Below are positions 10,009-20,600 of a stretch of DNA of 28,605 bases, piece after piece (positions within the stretch are counted from its first letter, which is position 1; each line of letters opens with the position of its first letter). The notes under the pieces are model-generated. The model was given only the letters and a program-made list of their open reading frames with translations. It had not been told where the DNA came from and did not search any database. Source of the stretch: Methylococcaceae bacterium. GTDB lineage: Bacteria; Pseudomonadota; Gammaproteobacteria; Methylococcales; Methylococcaceae. The stretch spans positions 1 through 28,605 of the forward strand of contig SXQV01000201.1 in assembly GCA_005792805.1 (NCBI GenBank). Reading direction: 5' to 3'. The position numbers and the translations under genes are program-made.

Positions 10009-11051
10009 GCAAGCCCGTAAATGCCATGGCGATCGGCGGATTTCTGATCGGTGGAATGGCCCTGCTGATCGCGGCGCTTCTGGTGTTTGGCGGCGGTCAG
10101 TTCTTCAAGCCAAAAATGCATTGGGTCGTCTATTTTGAGACCTCGTTGAACGGCCTCAATCTCGGGGCACCAGTCAAGGTGCAAGGGGTTCAGGTCGGGA
10201 TCGTGAAGGAGATCGAGTTGCAGCTGGACCGGAACAGGCAGCGGCTAATGAAGCCGGTAGTGCTGGAAATAGAGCCTTGGCGTCTGGCGTCCCCGGACGG
10301 TTCTCCCTTCGAACTATCGCTGATTCCGGGGAGCGAACGTGCTGCCGAACTCAAGAAAATGATTGCTGCCGGGTTGCGTGCGCGTCTCGAAGTGCAAAGC
10401 ATTTTGACCGGGTTGCTTTATGTCGATCTTGATTTTCATCCGGAACAGCCCGTGCGCCTGACGGGTTTGGATTATAAGAATATGCCTGAAGTGCCCTCCA
10501 TTACGCCGACAGTGGATGAGGTCAGGGCCACGCTTGAGGATGTGGTTAAAAAAATCAGAAGTATGCCGCTGGATCAGATGGTGGCTGATGTTTCGGCCAC
10601 TGTCGCAGATATTCGCAAATTGGTGGGCTCTGAAGAGACGCAAAAATCCCAGGCAGCACTGACCAAGGCTTTACAGAACGCAGAAAGTCTGCTGAGCCGG
10701 CTTGATAAGCAATTGCCCGGTTTCATTGATCGCATGAATAAAACCATGGGGAGCATCGGGCAGAGCTCGACGGACATCAGTACGACGGCTCAAGCTACGA
10801 CAGCGGCTGTGCGTGATTTGCAGACCAGCACGGGGCCGGTGATGAAGGCGGCGGAGCAGACGTTATTGAAGGCGACGGATGCACTGGAGTCGACGCAAGT
10901 TGCGGCTGGCAATATCGCTGACACCACCGCGAATGATTCAAGCCTTCAAGGGTCGGTGGTGGAATTAACCAAGGCGGCCCAATCGTTGAGAGCGCTGACG
11001 GATTATCTTGAGCGTCACCCTGACTCACTTTTGTTTGGAAAGGAAGACTGA
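10005..11051 (+). CDS. MlaD/MCE-family periplasmic subunit with helical C-terminal extension
   Basis: One TM helix, then MCE motif YFETSLNGLNLGAPVKVQGVQVG, GLRARLEVQSILTGLLYVDLDF and C-terminal SLRALTDYLERHPDSLLFGK. GTG start overlaps the upstream TGA (GTGA). Confidence 0.92.
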   Translation: MSKPVNAMAIGGFLIGGMALLIAALLVFGGGQFFKPKMHWVVYFETSLNGLNLGAPVKVQGVQVGIVKEIELQLDRNRQRLMKPVVLEIEPWRLASPDGSPFELSLIPGSERAAELKKMIAAGLRARLEVQSILTGLLYVDLDFHPEQPVRLTGLDYKNMPEVPSITPTVDEVRATLEDVVKKIRSMPLDQMVADVSATVADIRKLVGSEETQKSQAALTKALQNAESLLSRLDKQLPGFIDRMNKTMGSIGQSSTDISTTAQATTAAVRDLQTSTGPVMKAAEQTLLKATDALESTQVAAGNIADTTANDSSLQGSVVELTKAAQSLRALTDYLERHPDSLLFGKED

Positions 11052-11179
11052 GCGAGGCCGTGTCTTAATATCATCAGGCGATGGGTTGACTGGTCGGGGC
11101 GAGGGATCGGCATGCTAAGCTGCGGTCGCCTTAACCAGCGAACCCTGTTTGGAATCTGGCGTTTGTGGAGTGAGCAACA

Positions 11180-11803
11180 GTGAGAAAAGACGTAAATGTG
11201 GCTGGTTTCGGCAGGGTGGCCTGCTGGTGGCTGTTAATGGTTGGCCTGAGTGGATTGGGTGGGTGCTTCAGAAGCAGCGTTCCCGACCAGTTTTATATGT
11301 TGCGTGCCGCAGATGTTCCCAGTAAATCGGCCTTCTCCGGCGCAGGGCCATCAGTCGGACTTGGCCCCGTTCGGATTCCTGCCTACCTGGATCGCCCACA
11401 AATCGTGACCGCCACCTCGGCTCAGGAATACCAGCTCTCCGAGGATCATCGGTGGGCAGAGCGCTTGGATGAGAATATTGCTCGAATTTCGGCGCAGAAC
11501 CTGTCTGCGCTCATTCCGTCGGATCGTATTCTGATTCATCCTTGGCCGCGCGATCCAAAGCCTGATGTTCAAGTGGCTATTTCGATTCAGGAAATGCATG
11601 TCGATCCGCGCGGTGAGGTGCGCATGAGTGCGCTATGGTCACTGCGTCACGGCAAGAGTGACGTGGCTAATCGTAAGTTCAGCTGCCGTCTCCCCGCCTC
11701 CACGACGGATTACGCCCAAATGGTTGAGGTGGAGAGTCAGTGTTTGGCCCGCCTGAATCAGGAAATGGCCTCTGCCATCCAGAAGCTGATTTCGCCTGGC
11801 TAG
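11180..11803 (+). CDS. PqiC-family / ABC-transport auxiliary lipoprotein
   Basis: Lipobox LGGC; VGLGPVRIPAYLDRPQIVT; HRWAERLD; LIHPWP. Follows the MlaD gene. Confidence 0.88.
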   Translation: MRKDVNVAGFGRVACWWLLMVGLSGLGGCFRSSVPDQFYMLRAADVPSKSAFSGAGPSVGLGPVRIPAYLDRPQIVTATSAQEYQLSEDHRWAERLDENIARISAQNLSALIPSDRILIHPWPRDPKPDVQVAISIQEMHVDPRGEVRMSALWSLRHGKSDVANRKFSCRLPASTTDYAQMVEVESQCLARLNQEMASAIQKLISPG

Positions 11804-11844
11804 CGGGATGGTTTCCAAGGGAGTCTTTGCCATGGTCCCGGCCA

Positions 11845-11864
11845 CCGCCAGAGCGCTCTGGCGG
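11845..11864. repeat. Perfect 20-bp palindrome in intergenic DNA
   Basis: CCGCCAGAGCGCTCTGGCGG equals its own reverse complement. It lies 41 nt after the pqiC-like stop, with no U-tract. Confidence 0.75.
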
Positions 11865-11914
11865 GTTCCCGTACCCAGTTAAGAATCGCCGCCCGGAAAG
11901 CTGAGAAGCCTTCG

Positions 11915-12487
11915 ATGTCATTGCTAAGGTTCTTGCCCGGCATCCTTGTGCTGCAAATTTCAACGGCTACCTTGGTCTATGCGCTGATGATGCCCGAGTC
12001 GCACGATGCATTATGGATTCCCGTAACGGTGCTGGGTGGCGTCGTCAGTTTGCTTTCGGCACTCTGGTTCGGCTCTATCGCCGAGCATGTCAAGAAAGAT
12101 GCACTCGCCAGTGCCAAAACCACGCATGCCCGCGAGCGGGAAAATCTGGTGGTGACGGCCGAAATCGATAAGCGGGCGGCGCTTGAAAAGAGTCACCAGC
12201 GAATCCTCAGGGAAACGGCCCGTGCTCAATCCCAGGCTTACTGGCGGCTTGGTCTGGGTCTCACCGGATTGCTGGCTCTGGGCGGAATCATGGTGGCCAT
12301 CGAGTTCATGACCGTCGGGTTATTGATGATGGCGACGGCGGGTGGTGCATTGGGCGGTTACGTCCTGCGCTCCCGTCAGGAGCCAAGGTTGTATGGACGA
12401 GGGGATGGGCCGCCCCGATTGCTGACTGCTGCGGATATCAAGATCCTGGACGCGGGTATCAGAGAGAAAACGCTATCGGGCAAATAA
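11915..12487 (+). CDS. Hypothetical membrane protein (two TM hairpins flanking a charged helical segment)
   Basis: 190-aa ORF filling the gap between the pqiC-like gene and glgX. Hydrophobic segments at about aa 6-53 and 112-151 flank an Ala/Glu/Arg/Lys-rich helix. Confidence 0.8.
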   Translation: MSLLRFLPGILVLQISTATLVYALMMPESHDALWIPVTVLGGVVSLLSALWFGSIAEHVKKDALASAKTTHARERENLVVTAEIDKRAALEKSHQRILRETARAQSQAYWRLGLGLTGLLALGGIMVAIEFMTVGLLMMATAGGALGGYVLRSRQEPRLYGRGDGPPRLLTAADIKILDAGIREKTLSGK

Positions 12488-12570
12488 TCCGGCCTGCGTT
12501 GTTGGGGCGCGTATATTGATCGCCGAGGAGCCAATCGCTGATTGCCAGCGGCCTTGAAATTGACCGCCGG

Positions 12571-12579
12571 TGCTATCAT
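12571..12579 (+). promoter_or_regulatory. Putative extended -10 promoter of glgX
   Basis: TG-C-TATCAT ~125 nt upstream of the glgX ATG; no -35 hexamer at canonical spacing. Confidence 0.4.
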
Positions 12580-12702
12580 CCTCCGCGCCTGCCGACGTTT
12601 GAGAACCCTGGAGAGGTGGAGTGCATTACTCGTCCCGCTCGCTTGAGACCCTCCGGGTTTCATCATGCCGCTGAATTTGCGTGAGTTTACGATCACACTG
12701 AC

Positions 12703-14820
12703 ATGAAGTTCGTGAAGTACCCCTTGCAACGACTGTCCTCGGTGAAGTCGTCTTTCGAGTGTTCTCCGGGTTCCCCCTTGCCCCAGGGAGTTCATCTCGT
12801 CAATGATGGCGTTAATTTCGCCTTATTCAGCCGTCACGCCACGCGCGTCTGGTTGCTCTTGTTCGAGAATGTCGCGGCGGCCCATCCTTTTCAGACAATC
12901 GAGCTGGATCCAAGGCATCACAAGACCGGTGATATTTGGCATATCCGCATCCTTGATGCTGGCCGTGGCCTGGTCTATGCCTTGCGGGTGGACGGTCCAT
13001 TCCAGCCGGAGCGTGGCCATCGGTTTGATGCCGCAAAAACACTCATCGATCCCTGCGCTACCGCACTGACCAGCCCGCAAAAACTTGATTTCGGCGCAAT
13101 CTGTCAGTCCTTGACTCCGGGTGATGTCGCCTGCCCTGATGCGCCCGCGATCGTCAAATGTCTGGTCACCGACAATGGCTTTGATTGGGAGGATGATCGC
13201 CCGCTCTACCACCCGTGGTCGGATTTGGTGATTTACGAAGCCCATGTGCGGGGTCTGACTATCTCCCCATCCTCCGGATCAAAGTCTCCAGGCACTTTTT
13301 TGGGAGTGATTGACAAGATCCCTTATCTCAAGGAACTCGGCATCAATGCCATCGAGTTCATGCCCCTGCAGGAGTTTAATCCCGGCGAAATTACCGCTTG
13401 CAACCCTGCCACCGGAGAACGGCTGACCAATTACTGGGGCTACAACACGATTGCGTTCTTTGCGCCGTATGAAGGATATGGCTCACGGCTCTATCCGGGT
13501 TGTCAGATCGATGAGTTCAAGACCATGGTCAAGGCCTTGCACAAGGCGGGTATCGAGGTGCTTCTGGATGTTGTTTTCAATCATACGGCCGAAGGTAATG
13601 AAACCGGCCCAACGCTCAGTTTCCGTGGTCTCGACAACAGCATCTTCTACATTCTTGAGGACGACAAACGCTACTACAAGAACTATTCCGGTTGCGGCAA
13701 CACGCTGAACTGCAATCACCCGGTGGTACGCAACTTCATTTTGGAGTGTCTGCGTTACTGGGTTGTGGAGATGCACGTGGATGGATTCCGGTTTGATCTG
13801 GCCTCCATCCTCGGTCGTGATCGTGACGGGAGTCTCGTGCCGAATCCGCCGTTACTGGAGCAGATCGCCGAGGATCCGATTCTGCGGGACGTGAAGCTGA
13901 TTGCCGAGGCCTGGGATGCGGGTGGCGCTTACCTGGTTGGGCGGTTTCCCGGCGAGCGCTGGTCCGAATGGAACGGCCTTTACCGTGATGACATACGCCG
14001 CTTCTGGCATGGCGATGCAGGCATGGCCGGGGCTTTTGCCAGCCGGTTGTGCGGCAGTGCCGACATTTATGAACATAGTGGCAAGGCACCCGTAAACAGT
14101 ATCAACTTTGTGACCTGTCATGATGGTTTTACGCTGGCTGATTTGGTCAGTTACGAAAAAAAGCATAATTTGGCTAATGGTGAAGATAACCGTGATGGGG
14201 CCAACGACAACTACAGTTGCAACCACGGGTGTGAGGGGGAGACAGCTGATCCGGCTATCCGGCGATTAAGAGAGCGCCAGATGAAAAACATGCTGGCTAC
14301 CTTATTTTTGTCCCGTGGGGTTCCGATGCTGCTGGGTGGTGATGAATTCTGCCGGACCCAGCGCGGCAACAATAACGCCTACTGCCAGGATAATGAAATC
14401 TCCTGGATTGACTGGTCACTGACAGAAAAAAATGCAGCTTTTTTGCGCTTTGTACGGGCGTTGATTGCCCTCAGAAAGCGGTTGCCAGTACTCTCCGTCG
14501 AGCGCTTTTACCAGTCCGATGAAATTGGCTGGTTCAATACGCAGGGCCACGAGCCAGACTGGCACCAGGAACGGGCCGTTGGCTGTCACATCCATCCTGG
14601 CCGGGGCGAACCGGAACTCTGCCTGCTTGCCAACGCCACCGCCGAACGGGTTCTGTTTCGACCGCCGGAGGCACCGCATGGCCGCTGCTGGGAGCGCTTG
14701 CTGGATACCGGCGCTGCAGAGCCGTTCGATGTCTGTGAACCAGGCCAGGGTGTGCGGATCAGGCCAGGTGATCCGGTCATCATGCTGGATCGCAGCTTCG
14801 TTTTGCTGCTGGCCCATTGA
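12703..14820 (+). CDS. glgX: Glycogen debranching enzyme (GH13 isoamylase type)
   Basis: GVNFALFSRHAT, VIYEAHVRG, NYWGYNT, DVVFNHTAEG, NYSGCGNT, HVDGFRFDLAS, KLIAEAWD, INFVTCHDGFTL and GNNNAYCQDNEISW; 705 aa. Confidence 0.97.
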   Translation: MKFVKYPLQRLSSVKSSFECSPGSPLPQGVHLVNDGVNFALFSRHATRVWLLLFENVAAAHPFQTIELDPRHHKTGDIWHIRILDAGRGLVYALRVDGPFQPERGHRFDAAKTLIDPCATALTSPQKLDFGAICQSLTPGDVACPDAPAIVKCLVTDNGFDWEDDRPLYHPWSDLVIYEAHVRGLTISPSSGSKSPGTFLGVIDKIPYLKELGINAIEFMPLQEFNPGEITACNPATGERLTNYWGYNTIAFFAPYEGYGSRLYPGCQIDEFKTMVKALHKAGIEVLLDVVFNHTAEGNETGPTLSFRGLDNSIFYILEDDKRYYKNYSGCGNTLNCNHPVVRNFILECLRYWVVEMHVDGFRFDLASILGRDRDGSLVPNPPLLEQIAEDPILRDVKLIAEAWDAGGAYLVGRFPGERWSEWNGLYRDDIRRFWHGDAGMAGAFASRLCGSADIYEHSGKAPVNSINFVTCHDGFTLADLVSYEKKHNLANGEDNRDGANDNYSCNHGCEGETADPAIRRLRERQMKNMLATLFLSRGVPMLLGGDEFCRTQRGNNNAYCQDNEISWIDWSLTEKNAAFLRFVRALIALRKRLPVLSVERFYQSDEIGWFNTQGHEPDWHQERAVGCHIHPGRGEPELCLLANATAERVLFRPPEAPHGRCWERLLDTGAAEPFDVCEPGQGVRIRPGDPVIMLDRSFVLLLAH

Positions 14821-14826
14821 TCGATT

Positions 14827-16440
14827 GTGGCCTCTTTAGCGATAAGCATTCGCCAGAGATCGCGTGTTCGCTTTTTTCTGGTTGTGGCCGCCTGCCTGAC
14901 CGCCTCCGGCTGCGAGCTGATCGGCCCTGACTTTCAGAAACCGGATAGTGACCTCGAAACCGGGTGGCTGGACCGGAAAGATCCTCGGCTCAGTTCCCGG
15001 GCCGGGGACTACCGTGCCTGGTGGAAGACTTTTGATGACCCGGTGCTGGATCGCCTGATCCAGGTAGCCTATCGGCAGAATCTCTCCCTGCGGGAAGCGG
15101 GTTTGCGGATTCTGGAAGCGCGTGCGCAGTTAGGTATTGCCGTCGGTGATTTCTACCCGCAAAAACAGCACCTGACGGGTTTTACCGACTATCTGCATTT
15201 GCCGGCCGGGGCGCCCAGTGAGCGCTTGCCCGACCAGACCGGAAATCTCGCGCCGTTCTGGTGGAGCCGTCTAGGGGTTGGAGCCAGTTGGGAGCTGGAT
15301 ATCTGGGGGAAGTTTCGCCGCGCCATTGAAGCGGCAGACGCGCAGATGCTAGCGACCATTGCCGCCTACGATACGGCGATCGTTACGCTCACCGCAGATG
15401 TTGCGACGACCTATATCCGTCTCCGGACACTTGAAAAGAAGCTGGATATTGCCAGGAACAACGTCCAGGCCCAGTTGAGTAATTTGCGGATTGCGGAAGC
15501 TAAATTCTACGGTGGTAGCTCCTCGCGGCGGGATGTCGAGCAGGCAAGGACCGTTTTGGGTGGAACCCAGGCTTCCATTCCCGCGCTGGATTCCCTGCTG
15601 CGTCAGACAAAAAATGCGCTCAGCCTGCTGCTGGGGCAACCGCCTGGTGACCTTGAAAAACCGTTGGGATCCGGGCAGCGCTATGCGCAAATTCCGGCAC
15701 CCCCGGTTCAGGTGGCCACAGGTATTCCACTGGACCTGCTGCGCCGGAGGCCGGATATCCGTGAGGCCGAATATCAGGCACAGATGCAGTCAGCCCAAAT
15801 CGGGATTGTCAAAGCCCAGCTTTACCCCGCGCTTTCCCTGAGCGGTAGTTTTTCTTTCGTTTCCTCCACCGCGAACGGCATGAGCCTGGGTGACATGTTT
15901 CAGTGGGGTAATCAGTTCTATCGTTTCGGTCCCGCCGTGCAGTGGAATATCTTCAACTATGGCCAGATCACCAATCAGGTGCGCGCCAATGATGCCCTCT
16001 TCCAGGCCACGCTGGTCAGTTACCAAAATACGGTGCTGAAGGCACAAAAAGAAGTGGAAGATGGGTTGATCGCCTTCCTGAAAGCCCAGGATTCGGCGGA
16101 GTATCTGGCGCAGAGTACGGCGGCAGCGAAGCGTTCCCTGGAGCTTGCCACACTTCAGTACAGGGAAGGCATCGCGGATTTCACCACCGTGCTGACGGCG
16201 GAACAGTCGCTGCTTTCTCAGCAGGACAATTTTGCTTCTGCCCTGGGTGACATTGCGACGGGTTTGGTCAGCGTGTACCGCGGGCTGGGTGGGGGTTGGC
16301 AGATCCGTGAAGGACAGGAGTTCATCCCCGAACCCATCAAGATCGCCATGGCCAAACGGACCGACTGGGGTGATCTGCTGTCACCGATGCCCGTACCCGA
16401 GGGGCCGGCTAAAGGCACTGTCCGAATGCCGGACTGGTAA
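14827..16440 (+). CDS. Efflux outer-membrane factor lipoprotein (NodT/OprM family)
   Basis: Lipobox LTASGC; WWKTFDDPVLDRLI; WELDIWGKFRR; LDLLRRRPDIREAE; LYRGLGGGW-like VYRGLGGGW. GTG start 6 nt after the glgX stop. Confidence 0.93.
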   Translation: MASLAISIRQRSRVRFFLVVAACLTASGCELIGPDFQKPDSDLETGWLDRKDPRLSSRAGDYRAWWKTFDDPVLDRLIQVAYRQNLSLREAGLRILEARAQLGIAVGDFYPQKQHLTGFTDYLHLPAGAPSERLPDQTGNLAPFWWSRLGVGASWELDIWGKFRRAIEAADAQMLATIAAYDTAIVTLTADVATTYIRLRTLEKKLDIARNNVQAQLSNLRIAEAKFYGGSSSRRDVEQARTVLGGTQASIPALDSLLRQTKNALSLLLGQPPGDLEKPLGSGQRYAQIPAPPVQVATGIPLDLLRRRPDIREAEYQAQMQSAQIGIVKAQLYPALSLSGSFSFVSSTANGMSLGDMFQWGNQFYRFGPAVQWNIFNYGQITNQVRANDALFQATLVSYQNTVLKAQKEVEDGLIAFLKAQDSAEYLAQSTAAAKRSLELATLQYREGIADFTTVLTAEQSLLSQQDNFASALGDIATGLVSVYRGLGGGWQIREGQEFIPEPIKIAMAKRTDWGDLLSPMPVPEGPAKGTVRMPDW

Positions 16441-16462
16441 ATAACCGTATGAGCTACTTTTC

Positions 16463-17641
16463 ATGGCCGTGATGGATCTTCCAAGTATTCAGCTGAAGGG
16501 GCTGCATCGTTACCTTTTGCAGGGGCTGGGCACGATCAGTGTTCTGGCCGGACTTTGTTTTTCTGGCTGCGATGCGCCTAACACCTATCAGGCTCCACCA
16601 CCACCGGAGGTGACGGTCAGCCACCCTCGCCAAGGTATGGTGACGCGCTATCTCGAATTTACCGGAAACACGCAGGCCTTATATACCGTACAACTGAGGG
16701 CGCGAGTCGAGGGTTTTCTCGAAAAAGTGCTCTTCAAGGAAGGTGATATCGTCCAGGAGGGGCAGGTGTTATTTGTTATTCAGCAAAATACCTACGAGTC
16801 CAAGCTTAAGGAGGCCGAGGCAAAATTGCTGGCGGCAAAAGCCCGTTTTCTGCATTCAGAAACCGAATTCAAGCGCTTCACAGGCCTGTTACAGCAGGAT
16901 GCGGCAGCCCAGACCGATGTCGATCGCTGGCATTACGAGCGCGACGCCACTCAGGCCGACGTGATGTCGGCGGAAGCTCAAGTTGAATTGGCGAAACTCA
17001 ACCTTGGGTACACGACGGTCAAGGCGCCGTTCCAGGGTCGCGTCAGCCGGCGATACAAGGATCCTGGCAATGTTGTCGGCGCCGGCGAGGAAACGGTGCT
17101 GGCCGACATCAACAAAATTGACCCCATTTACGTCTATTTCACGATCAGTGAGCAGGATCTCCTGCGCATCCGCCGGGAAAACCCGGAGGTTACCTCGCGC
17201 ACGGCGCGGCCAAATCTGCCGGTCGGGGTGGGTTTCGCTAACGAGGCCGGCTTTCCCCATCGTGCGGTGCTGGACTATGCCGACATTCAGGTCGACAGCA
17301 CCAGCGGTACTTTGCAGTTACGTGCGACCTTACCCAACGCCGATTACCGAATTCTTCCGGGTTTGTTTGCACGTGTTCGAGGGGAGCGGAGTGAGCCGCA
17401 GACCAGTCTTTTGTTGCCGGAAGAGTCTATCGGCTATGACCAGGGTGGCGCTTATGTACTGGTGGTCGACAGGCAGGACATGGTGTCTCGTCGCGGCATC
17501 ACGCTGGGACCCCAGGTTGACCGGGAATATGCCATTGATGCAGGCCTTTCGGCAGACGACAACGTTATCGTAAATGGCCAGATGAGGGCCATTCCCGGGC
17601 ATAAGGTCAGGGTGATCCCGGTTCGGTCAGGGACGCCATGA
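16463..17641 (+). CDS. RND efflux membrane-fusion protein
   Basis: Lipobox FSGC; VQLRARVEGFL; EGDIVQEGQVLFVI; LNLGYTTVKAPFQGRV; PIYVYFTISE; ILPGLFARV. Confidence 0.94.
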   Translation: MAVMDLPSIQLKGLHRYLLQGLGTISVLAGLCFSGCDAPNTYQAPPPPEVTVSHPRQGMVTRYLEFTGNTQALYTVQLRARVEGFLEKVLFKEGDIVQEGQVLFVIQQNTYESKLKEAEAKLLAAKARFLHSETEFKRFTGLLQQDAAAQTDVDRWHYERDATQADVMSAEAQVELAKLNLGYTTVKAPFQGRVSRRYKDPGNVVGAGEETVLADINKIDPIYVYFTISEQDLLRIRRENPEVTSRTARPNLPVGVGFANEAGFPHRAVLDYADIQVDSTSGTLQLRATLPNADYRILPGLFARVRGERSEPQTSLLLPEESIGYDQGGAYVLVVDRQDMVSRRGITLGPQVDREYAIDAGLSADDNVIVNGQMRAIPGHKVRVIPVRSGTP

Positions 17642-20600
17642 TTTCAAAATTCTTTATTGAACGGCCCATTTTCGCCAATGTTATTGCGATTGTTACCATC
17701 ATTCTTGGTCTGGTCAGCTTGCTGAACCTCCCGATCGCTCAATACCCCAATATTGTTCCGCCGACCATCCAGGTGGTAACCCGTTATCCCGGGGCCAGCG
17801 CCGAGATTATTGCCAAGACCGTCGGTATCCCTATCGAGCAGGGGGTTAACGGTGTCGAGAATTCGCTGTACATGTCTTCGACCAGCGGGTCGGACGGTAC
17901 CTATATGCTCACCATCACGTTTCAAGTGGGCACGGACCTGAATGCCGCGCTGAGTTTGGTGCAAAATCTCGTCAACGGCCAGCTGGCGCAGTTACCGGAT
18001 GTGGTCCAGAAACAGGGTATCAATATCCGCAAGGTGTCTACCAATATCCTGCAGGCGGTCAGTCTCTATGCCGAGGATGACCGCTATGACGAAACCTTTC
18101 TCTCCAACTATGCCCTGATCAATTTGCAGTATCCCCTGGGTCGTATTCCAGGCGTGGGTCAGGTCAAGGTGCTTGGGGCAGGCTCCTACAGCATGCGTAT
18201 CTGGCTGAATCCGGAAAGACTCAAGTATTTTGGCCTCACCACGGTGGATGTGGCCGACGCTGTCAGACAGCAGAATACTCAGGTAGTGGCTGGTCAGCTG
18301 GGTGGGCCTCCGGTACCCGATGACCAGTCTTTCCAGTTAACCGTCAACGCGCTGGGCCGTCTGGATGATGTCGATGAATTCGAGAACATCATTATCAAGA
18401 CGGTACCGCCCAAGGCTGGGCAGGCTGCGCAAATCATCAGGATCAAAGACATTGCCCGAGTGGAGTTGAGCCAGCAGTCCTATAGCAACTTTGCCGGGTT
18501 GTCGGGGCACAAGGCCGCGCAGATTCTGGTCTATGCGCTACCGGGGGCCAATGCCATCGACGTAGCCAAGCAGGTGCGCAAGGAAGTCGAGACGCGCAGT
18601 CATGACTTTCCCGAAGGGCTGACCTATGCCATTCGCTATGACACGACCGATTTCATTCAGCAGTCCATCGATGCCGTGTATGAAACGCTGTATGAGGCAG
18701 GGTTTCTGGTATTGGCCGTGGTGATGATATTCCTGCAGAACTGGCGTGCGACCCTGGTACCCGCCACTACCGTACCCGTGACCATCATCGGTGCCTTCGC
18801 GGCAATGGCCATGCTCGGTTTCTCCATCAACCTGATGACTCTGTTCGCATTGATTCTGGCCATCGGTATTGTCGTGGATGATGCCATTGTCATTGTCGAA
18901 AATGCTTCGCATCATATCGAGCGCGGGTTGACGCCCAAGGATGCCGCCATCAAGGCCATGAGTCAGATGACGGGTCCTGTGATTGGAATTACCCTGGTGC
19001 TGTCAGCCGTATTTCTTCCGGCAGCTTTTCTACCGGGTATTACCGGACAGCTTTTTCGCCAGTTCGCGCTCGTGATTGCCGCCACCGCCATCATCAGCGC
19101 CATTAATGCCTTGACGCTCAAGCCGGCTCAATGCGCGCTCTATCTCAAGCCACGGCCGGCGGATTATCGGCCGAATGTTTTTTACCGTGGGTTCAACCGG
19201 GTTTATGGCCGCATTGAAGCGGGCTATACCTCCCTGGTGCGCTGGATGGTTGAGCGGACCTTCCCGATGACGCTGGTTTTTGTCACGATCATTGTTGCGG
19301 GAGGCTGGCTTTTTGCGCATCACCAGACGGGATTTCTACCTATTGAAGATCAAGGTTACGCGATCGTGGTGGGCAAGCTGCCTGAGGGGGCATCACAACC
19401 CCGGGTTCGCGCCACGGTAAAGCAAGTTGAGGCAGTATTGAAAGAGACGCCAGGCATTGCGTACTGGGTCACGATAGGCGGATTTTCAATGCTGGATGCC
19501 GCAAATCTTGCCAATGCCTTCAGTCTTTTCGCCATTTACGAACCGTGGGACAAACGGGGTGCTGGCTTGGACCAGAAGTCGATTCTGGGCGATCTTAAAA
19601 GACGACTGGAAGGGATTCAGGAAGCCCGCGTTATGGCGGTTACGCCGCCGCCCATTGCCGGTCTGGGTCAAGCGGGCGGATTGCAGATGATGGTTGAGGA
19701 TCGCCGCAGCCTCGGCTTGCCGGAGTTGCAGCAAACGGTACTCGAATTGCAGCGGGTGGGGGCAACGCAGAGCGGCCTGGCTTTTCTTGGCACGACCTTT
19801 AGTGCCCAGAGTCCACAGCTTTTTCTGGATATCGACCGTATCAAGGCGCAAACCCTATCCGTTCCAATGGATAACGTTTTCGGGACGCTACAGGCTTTCC
19901 TGGGGTCTTCTTATGTGAACCTGTTCACCAAATTTGATCAGTCTTTTCAGGTCTATGTTCAGGCAGATGCTCCATTCAGACAGAAGATGGACGACATCAA
20001 AAACCTGAATGTCCGCAATTCAAAATCGGATATGGTGCCCTTGGGGGCCTTGATGAATGTGGAGCGGCGAGTGGGGTCCGAGCTGGTAACCCGCTACAAC
20101 CTTTACCCGGCCGCATCGGTGTTTGGCGCACCCGCTCCGGGATTTAGTGGTGGTGATGCCATCCATCTCATGGAGGAAATCGCGCACAACGTGCTGCCGC
20201 AGGGCCTGTCGATAGATTGGACCGCGACGGCGTATCAGCAAAAACTGCTGGGCAACACGGCCTACTATGTTTACGGCTTGTCGCTATTGCTGGTTTTTCT
20301 GGTTCTGGCGGCGCAGTACGAAAGCTGGTTAAGTCCCATGGCCGTGATCATGGTCGTGCCCATGGCTTTGGTGGGTGTCATTCTGGCGCAGATTGCCCGT
20401 CACTTTGATAACAATCTGTACACGCAAGTGGGGCTGGTACTGATGATCGCGTTGGCGAGCAAAAATGCGATTCTGGTGGTGGAATTTGCCCGGGAGTTAC
20501 GAGAGGAGGGTATGTCGATCACCGAGGCCGCTATTGAGGCAACCCGCCAGCGGTTTCGCCCTATCGTCATGACTTCCTTCGCTTTCATTCTTGGTGTAAT

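Noticed and set aside
12600-12625. CsrA/RsmA sites in the glgX leader (GGA in a small hairpin loop)
   Set aside because: Neither GGA has the ANGGA context and neither overlaps the ribosome-binding region, so the evidence is too weak.
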